DNA from: Candidatus Eiseniibacteriota bacterium
GTDB taxonomy: Bacteria > Eisenbacteria > RBG-16-71-46
DNA length: 64,000 nt
Assembly (NCBI GenBank): GCA_963725865.1
Contig: CAVSAC010000017.1
Coordinates: forward strand, 35,217 to 99,216
Direction: 5' to 3'
The position numbers were made by a program, and so were the translations under genes. The stretch's first letter is position 1. Each line of letters opens with the position of its first letter. Below are positions 53,356 to 64,000 of this stretch, one piece after another. The notes under the pieces are model-generated. The model searched no databases, was not told the DNA's origin, and saw only the letters and a list, made by a program, of their open reading frames with translations.

Positions 53356-54653
53356 CTAGTGACCCAGCATCCCGGCCGCATCGCCTGGCCGAGGTTGAAG
53401 ATCGGCAGGTACAGCGCCATCAGCATCACGCCGATCACGACGCCGAGCACCACGATCGCGATCGGCTCGACCAGCGAGCGACAGGCCCTCGACCTTCGCC
53501 GTGACGCGCTGCTCGTAGAAGTCCGCGGTGCGCATCAGCATCTGGTCGAGCTTGCCGGTCTCCTCGCCGGTCGCGGTCATCTGGACCAGCATGTCCGGGA
53601 ACACGCCGGTGTCGGTCATGGCGCGGGAGAGCGAGATGCCCTCCTCGACCTGCGCGCGGACGTCGTCGATGCCCCGTTCCAGCACCTTGTTCCCCGGCAC
53701 CGGCCGCATCACCTTGAGCGCGTCAGGATCTGGGTGCCGCTGCCGAGGTCAGGATGCCCAGGGTCCGGGCGAACTTGGTAACAGCATACATGCGGATCAG
53801 GGGGCCGAAGAGCGGCAAATTGAGCTTCAGCCCGGTCCAGCGGTCATCCGGCCCTGCTCGGTGCGCGCCCAGCTCCAGGCCAGCGAGCCACGCCGAGCAC
53901 GGCCCAAGAGCATGAACAGGAACACGTTGTCGGGTGGCGAACTGGCTGACCACCAGCAGGATCGCGGGTGGGCAGGGGCAGCTGGACCCGGAAGCGGTCG
54001 TAGATGGCCGAGAACATCGGGACGATCTTGAAGATCATGGCCAGGAAGACCAGCACGGCGAAGCGTCAGGACGAACATCGGGTAGCGCAGCGCCGCCTCG
54101 ACCTTGCAGGCGCAGGACCTCGGCCCGCTCCAGGTAGTCGGCGGTGTGGTCCATGACGTCGTCGAGCGTGCCGCTCAGCTCGCCGGTCTGCACCAGGCTC
54201 ACGAACACCTCGTCGAAGACGTGCGGGTGACGCGCCAGCGCGGTGGCGAGCGAGTCGCCCTTCTGCACGTCGTCGCCCACCTGGCCTGGATGCACCTTCG
54301 CGAGCTTGCGGTCGTGGTGGTCGCGGGCGATCGAGCGCAGCGCGCGCACCAGCGGCAGGCCGGCCGAGATCATGGTCGAGAGCTGGCGGGCGAACAGCGC
54401 CACCGAGCCGGGCTGCACGCGCCGCGCGCCATGCGCGCGCACCGCGACGACGGACGTCGTTCGCGCAGCCCGCCGAGGCCGGGGGCGCCGACGCGCGGCG
54501 CGCCGTTCGTCGAGGCGCGCAACTCGATCGAGACCGGGCGTCAGCTGCAGGCCGGAGAGCGTGCGCAGCACCTCGTCCTCGCTCTGCGGCGACCTCGATG
54601 CCCTCGTGGGCGCGGCCGCTCGCGTCGCGGGCGCGGTAGTAGTAGCTGGGCAT
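53356..54653 (-). CDS. pilC: Type IV pilus platform protein (frameshifted)
   Basis: FARQLSTMISAGLPL, GELSGTLD, KFARTLG, GEETGKLD, ALYLPIF. Confidence 0.9.
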
Positions 54654-56387
54654 CAGTCCGTGTCCCCGAGCGTCGCGGCGCGCACCTCGTCGATGGTCGT
54701 CACGCCCGTCGAGGATCTTGCGGATGCCGGCCTTGCGCAGCGTCATGAAGCCCGTCGGCGAGCGAGCGCTGTGCGGATCTCGTCCTCGTTCAGGCCGTCC
54801 AGCACCATGCGCCGGATCGGCGCGGTTCAGCTCGAGCACCTCGAACAGCGCGGTGCGCCCGAGTAGCCGGTCTGCTTGCAGGCGATGCAGCCGCGGCCGC
54901 GCACGAGCGGCCGGCCGCGCAGCATCTCGGCGTCGTCGCCGAGCACGGCGAGCTGCTCGGGCTCGGGGTAGACGGTCTCCTTGCAGCGCTCGCAGACGCG
55001 GCGCACGAGGCGCTGCGCCATCACCAGCGACATGCGCCGAGCCCACCAGGTAGCGGGGCACGCCCATGTCGATCAGCCGCGTCAGCGTGCCGGGCGCGTC
55101 GTTGGCGTGCACGGTCGAGAACACGAGGTGGCCGGTGAGCGCGCTCTTCACCGCGATGTCGGCCGTCTCGGTGTCGCGGATCTCGCCGATCATGATGACG
55201 TCGGGGTCCTGGCGCAGGATCGAGCGCAGCGCGCGCGCGAAGGTCATGCCGACCTTGTGGTTCGCGTGCACCTGGCTGACGGCCTCGATGTGGTACTCGA
55301 TCGGGTCCTCGACCGTGACCAGGTTGCGGTGCACGCTCTTGATGTCCTGCAGCGCCGAGTAGAGCGTGGTGGTCTTGCCGCTGCCGGTCGGGCCGGAGAT
55401 GAGGATCATGCCGTAGGGCTGGCGGATGACGCGGCGGAACGCGTCCAGCGTCGCGCCCTCGAGGCCGAGGTTGACGATCTCGCGCTCGAACGCGCCCTTG
55501 TCGAACAGGCGCATGCACGACCTTCTCGCCGTGCGAGGTGGGCAGCGTCGAGACGCGCAGGTCCACCTCGCGGTCGGGCAGGTGCACGGTGAGCCGGCCG
55601 TCCTGCGGCAGCAGCCGGACCGCGATGTCGAGGTCGGCGAGCACCTTGATGCGCGAGATGATCGCCATCTGCAGGTTCTTGGGCGGCTTCATGACCTCGT
55701 GCAGCACGCCGTCGATGCGGAAGCGCACGGTGACGCGGTCGCGCAGCGGCTCGACGTGGATGTCGCTCGCGCGCTGGTCGATCGCCTCGGCGATCATCAG
55801 GTTGACGAGCCGCACGACGGGCGCGTCCTCGACCTGCTGGCGCAGCGCGGCGAGGTCGACGTCCTCGTCGCTCGTCGCTCGACGGCGGTGAGGTCGATCT
55901 TGTCGAGGATCTCGCCCAGGTGCTCGCTGGCGCGCAGCTCGGCGTAGAAGCTCCTCGATCGCCTCGCGCACCTCGCTCGGCCGCGCGATCCAGACCTTGA
56001 GCTGCAGCCGGTGAGCGCGCGCAGGTGGTCGAGCGAGACCACGTCGAGCGGGTCGCCGACGGCCACCTCGAGCGTGTCGCCGTCGCGGGCGCAGCGCCAG
56101 CACCTGCGCCTCGCGCGCGAGCGTCTCGGGGATGAGCTGCACCGCCGCGCGGTCGGCCTGCGCGAGCCGCTCGGCGTCGGCGACGGGCAGCGAGAACTGC
56201 TCGCCGAGCACCTCGACCACGTCGGCCTCGGTCATGAGGCCGAGGCGGCATCACGGTCTGGCCGAGCCGCTCGCGCGGTCCAGCCGCGAGCGCAGCGCCT
56301 GCTGCACCTGGTCCGGGCGTGAGCGTGCCGCGCTCGATCAGGATCTCGCCGAGGCGGCGCGTGGAGAGCCGGAAGGACGGTCGCCCA

Positions 56388-56388
<1 letters not shown>
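54653..56388 (-). CDS. pilB: Type IV pilus assembly ATPase (frameshifted)
   Basis: RLGEIL, ASDIHVEP, RFRIDG, GPTGSGKTTT, LRQDPDVIMIGEIRD, TGHLVFSTVHAN, CxxC...CxxC. Confidence 0.93.
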
Positions 56389-57506
<1,118 letters not shown>

Positions 57507-57968
57507 CCGAGTTCCCGCCTGCCTGAGGGAGAGGATGAAGGCCGGCCGCGCAGTGCGGCGGGCACCTTCGGGTTATCGGCCATCACGCTGGCCTGACTTC
57601 AGGTCGACCCGGCCCCCCGCGCGCCTGCGGGCGGGGAGCGCCGACAAGCGGTCACGTCGACGGCGGGGGCATCCGTCGGCGCGAATCAAGGGACGGAGTC
57701 TAGGTGGGGCGCTCCCGGGTGTCAACGACCGCGCCGGAACCGCCGGGAGCGGGCGGCAGGGCAGGGCTCGCGGCGTGCGTGCGCGGCGCGCGCCTTGCGG
57801 CTCGCGCCTCATTGCAGTTCGGCGGGTGCGCGCATTGCGAATCGCGCCCTCGCGGCCTCGCCCACGCGTCCCTGCGCGATTTGGCCCGGTCGCCACCCGG
57901 GGCCAGACGTCGCGTTGCGCACGAGTTAGCAAGCCCGCCCGCATCTTCCGCAGCGCCAAGCCCTGCGG

Positions 57969-57983
57969 GGCATGCTTCGTGCT
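57969..57983 (+). promoter_or_regulatory. Candidate sigma54 promoter for the FN3/PorV operon
   Basis: GGCATG-cttc-GTGCT with GG-N10-GC spacing, about 180 nt upstream of ATG 58160. Confidence 0.3.
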
Positions 57984-58159
57984 GCGAGGCGGCGCGGCTT
58001 CTTCGCTTCGAGATGCGGCCGACAAGACCGGAGCGCCACGGACGCGTACCGGTCCCCCTCGGCGCCGCACGCTGCACCCTCGCTGGGAGTACGGCGGTGT
58101 CCTTGGGTCACATGCGGGTGGGATCCCGGTGTGGCCCTGCAGGTGGGCTGGAGGACGTC

Positions 58160-58969
58160 ATGGGCTTTCGATGGATCCTGCTCGCGACCCTGGTCGCGGG
58201 TGTGATGGGGGCGGTCGACGTGCAGGCACAGGTCACCCACAACAGCGTCACGCTGAACTGGACCACGCCCGGGGACGACAGCTGGCAGGGACGGCCTCCG
58301 CAGTTCGACATCCGCTATTCGACCTCGCCCATCACCGCGGCGAACTTCGCCTCGGCGACGCCTGGACCACGGGCGTGCCCGCGCCGCGGCGCCCGGCACG
58401 CACCAGAGCGTTCACGGTCACCGGACCTGTCGCCGTCGACCACGTACTGGTTCGCGATCAAGACCGCGGACGAGGTGCCGAACTGGGCGGGGCTCTCGAA
58501 CGTGGTCTCGAGCACGACGGCTCGTCGCGCCCGACGTGGTGCGGCCGGCGGCGCTCGCGATCACCGTCATCGGCGCTGACCGACACGCACGGCGACGCTG
58601 GGGTGGACCGCGGTCGGCGACGACAGCCTCACCGGCACCGCGACCACCTACGACGTGCGCTACTCGACGTCGCCGATCACGGCGGCGAACTTCGCCAGCG
58701 CGACCGCGGTCACCGGCGAGCCCGCGCCGGCGGTCGCCGGCACGGCGCAGTCGTTCACCGTGCGCGGCCTCACGCGCCAGGTCACCTACTACTTCGCCGC
58801 CAAGGCGACGGACGACGCGGGCAACGTCTCGGCGATCTCGAACGTGCCGACCGTCACCACGCCGGACAGCCTCGCGCCGGCGAGCATCAAGGACCTCGCG
58901 GCGTCGTTCGTGTGGATCGGATGGAACGCGGCCATGGACGTGCCGCGCCGCTCGCGGGTGCGCGCATGA
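58160..58969 (+). CDS. Secreted protein with two fibronectin type III domains (frameshifted)
   Basis: GGAGG RBS and signal peptide; two repeats of WT.PGDD...YD.RYSTSPITAANF...TY(W/Y)FA.K..D..N...SN. Confidence 0.82.
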
Positions 58970-59982
58970 CGCGGCGCACCCGCACCCGGGGCCGGGGACA
59001 CGCCCATTCGGCTGGCCGCTGGATCGCGGTGCTCGTCGGGCTGGTCCTGCTGCTGCTCGCGCCGGTGTTGGCGCGCGCCCAGGGCGCAGGTGCGGACTCG
59101 GTGATGCTGTCGTGGACCGCGCCCGGTGACGACGGCAACATCGGCACCGCCGCGACCTACGAGGTGCGCATGTCGACCTCGGCGATCGACGCGGGGTCGT
59201 GGAGCGGGGCCACCGTGGTCGCGGGTCCGCCCGCGCCGCGCGCGGCGGGGACGCTGCAGAGCCTCACGGTGCGCGGGCTCACCGCCGGCACCACCTACTG
59301 GTTCGCCATCAAGGCGCGCGACGACGCCGGCAACTGGGCGGCGATCTCGAACGTGGTGCGCTTCGACTGGTTGTTCGACACCGCGCCGCCCGCGGCCCCG
59401 ACCGGGATCGCCGCCGCCATCCAGAGCGGTGGCGTGCACGTGACCTGGAACGCGAACGCCGAGCCCGACCTCGCCGGCTACCGCGTCTACCGCGGCACCA
59501 GCTCGAGCGGGCCCTGGACGCTGATCAGCGGCGGCACCATCGTCGCGACGCTGTTCGACGACACCGCGGTGCCCCCGGGCGCCACCACCTTGTGGTACGC
59601 GGTGACCGCGCTCGACGGCAGCAACAACGAGAGCGCGCGCGGCGCGCCGGCGAGCGTGAGCTTCACCATCCCGCCCAGCAGCGGCACGCCGACGGCATGG
59701 GCGATCGAGACCGGCTATCCCAACCCGAGCCGCGCCGGCAATCCGGTGACCATCCCGGTCGCGGTGCCGGCGGGCGCGACGGCCGACGCGCGCCTGGAGA
59801 TCGTGGACGGCGGCGGCCGCACCCTTCGCCATCTGACGCTGGGCGCCCTCGCCCCCGGGCAGCGCAGCGTGACGTGGGACGGCAGGAACGACGCAGGGCG
59901 AGAAGTCGCGCCCGGCCCCTATTCGGCGTGGCTGATCGCGGGCGACACGCGACAGCACGTGAGTCTGGTGCGACAGCCATGA
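58966..59982 (+). CDS. Secreted FN3-domain protein with a FlgD/T9SS-like CTD
   Basis: ATGA coupling and signal peptide; WTAPGDDG FN3; DTAPPAAP...EPDLAGYRVY FN3; YPNP...WDGRNDAGREVAPG CTD. Confidence 0.87.
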   Translation: MTRRTRTRGRGHAHSAGRWIAVLVGLVLLLLAPVLARAQGAGADSVMLSWTAPGDDGNIGTAATYEVRMSTSAIDAGSWSGATVVAGPPAPRAAGTLQSLTVRGLTAGTTYWFAIKARDDAGNWAAISNVVRFDWLFDTAPPAAPTGIAAAIQSGGVHVTWNANAEPDLAGYRVYRGTSSSGPWTLISGGTIVATLFDDTAVPPGATTLWYAVTALDGSNNESARGAPASVSFTIPPSSGTPTAWAIETGYPNPSRAGNPVTIPVAVPAGATADARLEIVDGGGRTLRHLTLGALAPGQRSVTWDGRNDAGREVAPGPYSAWLIAGDTRQHVSLVRQP

Positions 59983-61855
59983 GGGCGAACGTGATGAACC
60001 ATCGGATGACGGCCTGGGTGCTGGCGCTGATGCTGATGGGCGCGGCTCCCGTCCACGCCTCGATCGACAACGCCGGCACCACCGCCGGCAACTTCCTCTC
60101 GGTCGGCGCGGGCGCCGGCGTGCTCGGCATGGGCGGCGCGTCGCTGGGCCTGCCGAGCGGACTGGTGGGCGCGGCGTGGAATCCGGCCGCGCTGGCGCGA
60201 CTCGACCAGACCGAGCTGGCGTTCTCGCATGCCGGGCTCGACGACCAGACCTCGCAGGAGTGGGTCGGCCTGGGCGGCCGCTTCGCCACGTCGTCGATGC
60301 ACTGGGCGGTGACCGGCCTCTACCACGGCCAGGGCTCGTTCGAGGGCCGCGACGCCACCGGCGTGTCGACCGGCACGTTCGGCGTCTCCGACATGGCGCT
60401 CGGCGTGCACGTGGCGCGGCCGCTCGCGCCCGGCGTGGCGGTGGGCCTGGGCGCGAAGTACGTGAGCGAGGTGCTCGACAACGTCTCGGGCTCGGGCCTC
60501 ACCTTCGACGCCGGCATGCAGGCGCGCGCGGGCCTGCTGGGCCTCGGCGTCGCGGCGCAGAACCTGGGCGGGCGCATGAGCTACGCCGGCGCGTCGTTCC
60601 CGTTCCCGTCGAACGTCGGCGTGGGCGCGGCGCTCGATCTGCCGAGCGGGATGCGCGTGGCGGTCGACGCCAACTTCCCCAAGGCCTACTACAACGACGT
60701 GCGCGCCGGACTCGAGTGGCGCTGGCACGAGCTGCTCGCGCTGCGCGCCGGCTACCGCAAGGAGCTGGCGGCGCCGGCCGACGAGCGGCTCACCGGGCCG
60801 ACCTTCGGCTTCGGGGCGGGTGGGCTCGATGTGGTTCGACTACGGCTACATCCTGCCCGGCCAGGGCGAGGGCCAGCACCGCATCGGCCTGGTGCTCCAC
60901 CCCGTCGATGATGCGCGGCATGATGCGCCCGATCGGCGCCGAGCAGTCGAGCGCCACGCCGGTCGCCACGCAGACGGCGGAGCCCACCAAGGGCAGCGAC
61001 GCCAAGCCGGCGCCGGCGGGTTCGGCTCCGACCGCCGCGGCGACGCCGCGTCCCGACGTGACGGCCGATGCGCCGAAGGGCGCCGCGGCGGTGACGCCCG
61101 CGCCGGCGACGGCGCTGGCGGCACAGGCTCCCAAGGGTGCGGCGCTGGCACCGGCCCCGGTCGCGGCGCTGACGCCTCAGGCGCCGAAGGCCGCGCCGCT
61201 CGTGACTTCGAAGCCGGCGGTGGCTCCCGAGCCGGCGAAGCCCGCGGTGCCGAGTGCGGCGACCCAGGTCGCGACCTCGCTCGAGCCCGCGCGCGCGCCC
61301 AGGAAGGTCGCGCCCGCGGCGCCGGGCGCCGTGACGCCGAAGCCCATCGACGCGCCGAAGCCGAAGCTGCCCGCGCCGAGCGAAGCGGCGAGCACGCCGG
61401 TGGCGGCCGCGGCGCCGGCGCCCGCCAAGGTGACGCCGAGTATGTCGGCGGCCGTCGTGACGCCCGCACCCGTCAAGGTGACGCCGGGCGTGGCGGCGGC
61501 GGTCGCGACGCCCGCACCCGCCAAGGCGACGCCGAGCGCGCCGGCCCAGGTGGTGACGTCGACCCCGCTGGCGGTGATGTCGCCCACGCCCGCGCCGGCC
61601 CCGACCAGCTCCGCGCCGGCCGGCAAGCCGGCGACCGTGGTGGCGTCGTCGACGCCGCGTCTGACGCAGGCCACGCAGCCCGCCCAGGCGCCGATCGTGA
61701 TCCAGCGCCCCGAGAAGGTGCGCGTGAAGAGCGGCGAGTCGCTCGCCGACATCGCCAAGCAGTGGGGGACCACGACGGCCGCGATCATGATGGAGAACAA
61801 CATGGTCAGCGAGCGCGTGAAGTCCGGCCAGGAGCTCAAGCTGCCCAAGCGGTAG
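59979..61855 (+). CDS. PorV/PorQ-family outer-membrane barrel fused via a long Ala/Pro/Thr/Lys linker to a LysM domain (frameshifts near 60820-60900)
   Basis: AGTTAGNFLSVGAGA..LGMGGA...WNPAAL, LALRAGY, GPTFGFG, FDYGY, HRIGL; linker; KSGESLADIAKQWGTT...NNM...GQELKLP. Confidence 0.8.
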
Positions 61856-61885
61856 TGATCCGACCCGCCACGGAAGGCCGACGCA

Positions 61886-61915
61886 CGCGAGCCCGGTCCC
61901 AGAGCCGGGCTCGCG
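61886..61915. terminator. Hairpin between convergent genes
   Basis: 11-bp stem CGCGAGCCCGG...CCGGGCTCGCG. Confidence 0.65.
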
Positions 61916-61938
61916 GCGTCATGGGGGAGCGGACCCGC

Positions 61939-63039
61939 CTAGAGCGGGAATGCTCCGTCGAAGCGCTGGCCCTCGCCCATCGCGACGGCGTAGCGCTGCT
62001 GCTCGACGAGATGCGCCGGCATGGTGTGGTAGACGTCGGTGAACAGGCTCTCGATCGGCGGCGGGCCGAGCTTCTCGGCGGCGGTGATGGCGGCCGAGAC
62101 CTCGTCGTTGATCTCGGTGGTCCACTGCGCCAGGTCGGAATCGCTCAGCAGGCCGGCGCCGCGCAGGTAGGCCTCGAAGCGGCGCAGCGGGTCGCGCTCC
62201 TCCCAGTACTTGACGACCTCCGACTCGCGGTAGCGCGTCGGGTCGTCGCTCGAGGAGTGGCCGCCCATGCGGAAGGTGACCGCCTCGATCAGCGTCGGCC
62301 CCTCGCCGCGTCGCGCTCGATCGACCGCCTCGCGCATCACGGTGACGACCGCGAGCAGGTCGTTGCCGTCGACGCGCACCCCGGGCATGCCGTAGGCGAC
62401 CGCCTTGATGGCGATGCTGCTCGAGTGCGTCTGGCGCGCGAGCGGCACCGAGATCGCCCACTGGTTGTTCTGGCAGAAGAACACGCACGGCACCTGCCAG
62501 ACCGCGGCGAAGTTCATCGCCGCGTGGAAGTCGCCGATCGAGGTGCCGCCGTCGCCGATGTAGCCCACGCTCACCTCGTCGCGCTTCTGGAGCTTGGCGG
62601 CGTAGGCGGCGCCCACCGCGTGCGGCAGCTGGGTGCCGATCACGCTCGACCACGCCACCGAGCGCACCCTGCGGTCGCTGAAGTGCATGGGCATCTGGCG
62701 GCCGAGCAGCACGTCGCCGCTGTTGCCGATGAGCTGGCACACCAGCTCCTGCACCGTGGTGCCGCGCCACAGGCACACCCCGGTCTCGCGCAGCGCGTGG
62801 AAGATCCAGTCGGTCTCGCGCAGCGGGTACGCCGAGCCGGTCACCGCGGCCTCCTGGCCGGTGACCATGCCGTAGAAGCCGATGCGGCCCTGGCGCTGGA
62901 GCGAGAGCATGCGCTGGTCGACGAGGCGCAGCTTGAACATGTGCCGGTGCAGCCGGCGCAGGTCATCCGCCGGCACGTCGGGCACCGGGCCGACGACCTT
63001 GCCGTCGGGGTCGAGGATCTGCAGCGGCGTCTCGCTCAT
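61939..63039 (-). CDS. pdhA: 2-oxoacid (pyruvate or branched-chain) dehydrogenase E1 alpha subunit
   Basis: LQRQGRIGFY, GDGGTS...NNQWAIS TPP motif, RMGGHSSSDDPTRY. Confidence 0.9.
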   Translation of the reverse strand: MSETPLQILDPDGKVVGPVPDVPADDLRRLHRHMFKLRLVDQRMLSLQRQGRIGFYGMVTGQEAAVTGSAYPLRETDWIFHALRETGVCLWRGTTVQELVCQLIGNSGDVLLGRQMPMHFSDRRVRSVAWSSVIGTQLPHAVGAAYAAKLQKRDEVSVGYIGDGGTSIGDFHAAMNFAAVWQVPCVFFCQNNQWAISVPLARQTHSSSIAIKAVAYGMPGVRVDGNDLLAVVTVMREAVDRARRGEGPTLIEAVTFRMGGHSSSDDPTRYRESEVVKYWEERDPLRRFEAYLRGAGLLSDSDLAQWTTEINDEVSAAITAAEKLGPPPIESLFTDVYHTMPAHLVEQQRYAVAMGEGQRFDGAFPL

Positions 63040-63097
63040 GGGGGCGCGTCCCTCGTGATGGTGCGTGCGGACCGCGGCGAGCCGCGGCCCGCGGGCC

Positions 63098-64000
63098 TCA
63101 GCGGTTCGGCTTGCCGATGGGCGAGTCGATCAGCGACGACTCGCGATTCATGCCGAGCTGCTCGCGCAGGAACTGCAGCCGGTCGGCATCGTCCTCGATC
63201 TGCTGGCTCACCGGCTTGCCGCCGGCGTGGCCGGACGAGACGTCGTAGTGCAGCAGCACCGGCCGGCGCACCGGGTCCGAGCCGGCCAGCGCCTGCATGC
63301 GCGCCGTCATCTTGCGCGCGTGCAGCGGGTCGACGCGCGTGTCGGAGTCGCCGCGTCACGAACATCACCGCCGGGTACTGCACGCCCGCTCGAGCACGTG
63401 CTGGTACGGCGAGTAGCCGTGGAGCCAGCGGAACTGCGCCGGGTCCTCGGCCGAGCCGTACTCCGGCACCCAGAAGCGCGCCACCAGGAAGCGGTGGTAG
63501 CGCAGCATGTCGAGCAGCGGCACCTGGCAGAGCACGGCGCGGAAGAGGTCGGGCCGCTGCGTCATGGCCGCGCCCACCAGCAGGCCGCCGTTGCTGCCGC
63601 CCATGATGGCGAGCGGTCGGAGCTCGTGCAGTAGCCGTTGGCGATCAGCCACTCGCCGCGGCGATGAAGTCGTCGAACACGTTCTGCTTGTTCGCCGAGC
63701 ATCCCCGCCCTGTGCCAGGCCTCGCCGAACTCGCCGCCGCCGCGCAGGTTGGCGAGCACGTAGACGCCGCCCATGTCGAGCCAGGCGGCGACGAACGCCG
63801 AGAAGCTCGGGCGTCTCGCTGACGTTGAAGCCGCCGTAGCCGGTCAGCAGCACCGGGTTCGTGCCGTCCAGGGCTCAGGCCCTTGCGGTGCGCCACGAAC
63901 ATCGGCACCCGCGTGCCGTCGCGCGAGGTGAACCACACCTGCCGGGTCTCGTAGCGCGCGCTCACCACCGGCACCGGCGAGCGCCACCACTCACTGCGTC
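63098..64000 (-). CDS. Prolyl oligopeptidase (S9A), 5'-truncated and frameshifted
   Basis: [29 protein letters not shown] (Ser), DTRVDP (Asp), SGHAGG (His). Confidence 0.92.

Noticed and set aside
53720..53960. Recombination patch inside pilC (locally odd codon usage)
   Set aside because: It coincides with dense indels, so low consensus quality explains it equally well.

Overview
Very GC-rich bacterial DNA (roughly 70-75% by eye). It carries Bacteroidota-like envelope genes: several proteins ending in a FlgD-Ig/T9SS-type C-terminal domain, a PorV-family barrel and a Bacteroidota-type YebC. I infer an FCB-related lineage such as Ca. Eisenbacteria, but this is unverified. Many genes are broken by single-base indels, most simply read as long-read consensus errors, so several CDS are reconstructed across frames. 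Contents in order: an S8 protease operon with two small partner genes sharing a motif; a GDT1 transporter; a fibre-like secreted protein with a CTD partner; an orphan KAS III; an HNH + Mrr defence islet; topoisomerase IB; csp; an outer-membrane receptor; uup; yaeQ; lipoproteins; a ~895-aa coiled-coil protein; a GT-C-like membrane protein; a ~1470-aa secreted PQQ-type sugar-dehydrogenase/PKD/Ig/pentahaem cytochrome c/CTD fusion facing a TlpA-like redoxin; yebC; a complete urate-to-glyoxylate operon; AEC and RND transporters; pilD-fabH-GT-C; a full type IVa pilus locus whose PilT lacks the His-box histidines; a divergent FN3/FN3-CTD/PorV-LysM operon; a 2-oxoacid dehydrogenase E1 alpha; and a partial prolyl oligopeptidase. 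No rRNA, tRNA, CRISPR array or transposase was seen. Best candidates for undescribed biology are the dehydrogenase-multihaem fusion, the PorV-linker-LysM operon and the S8 protease operon.
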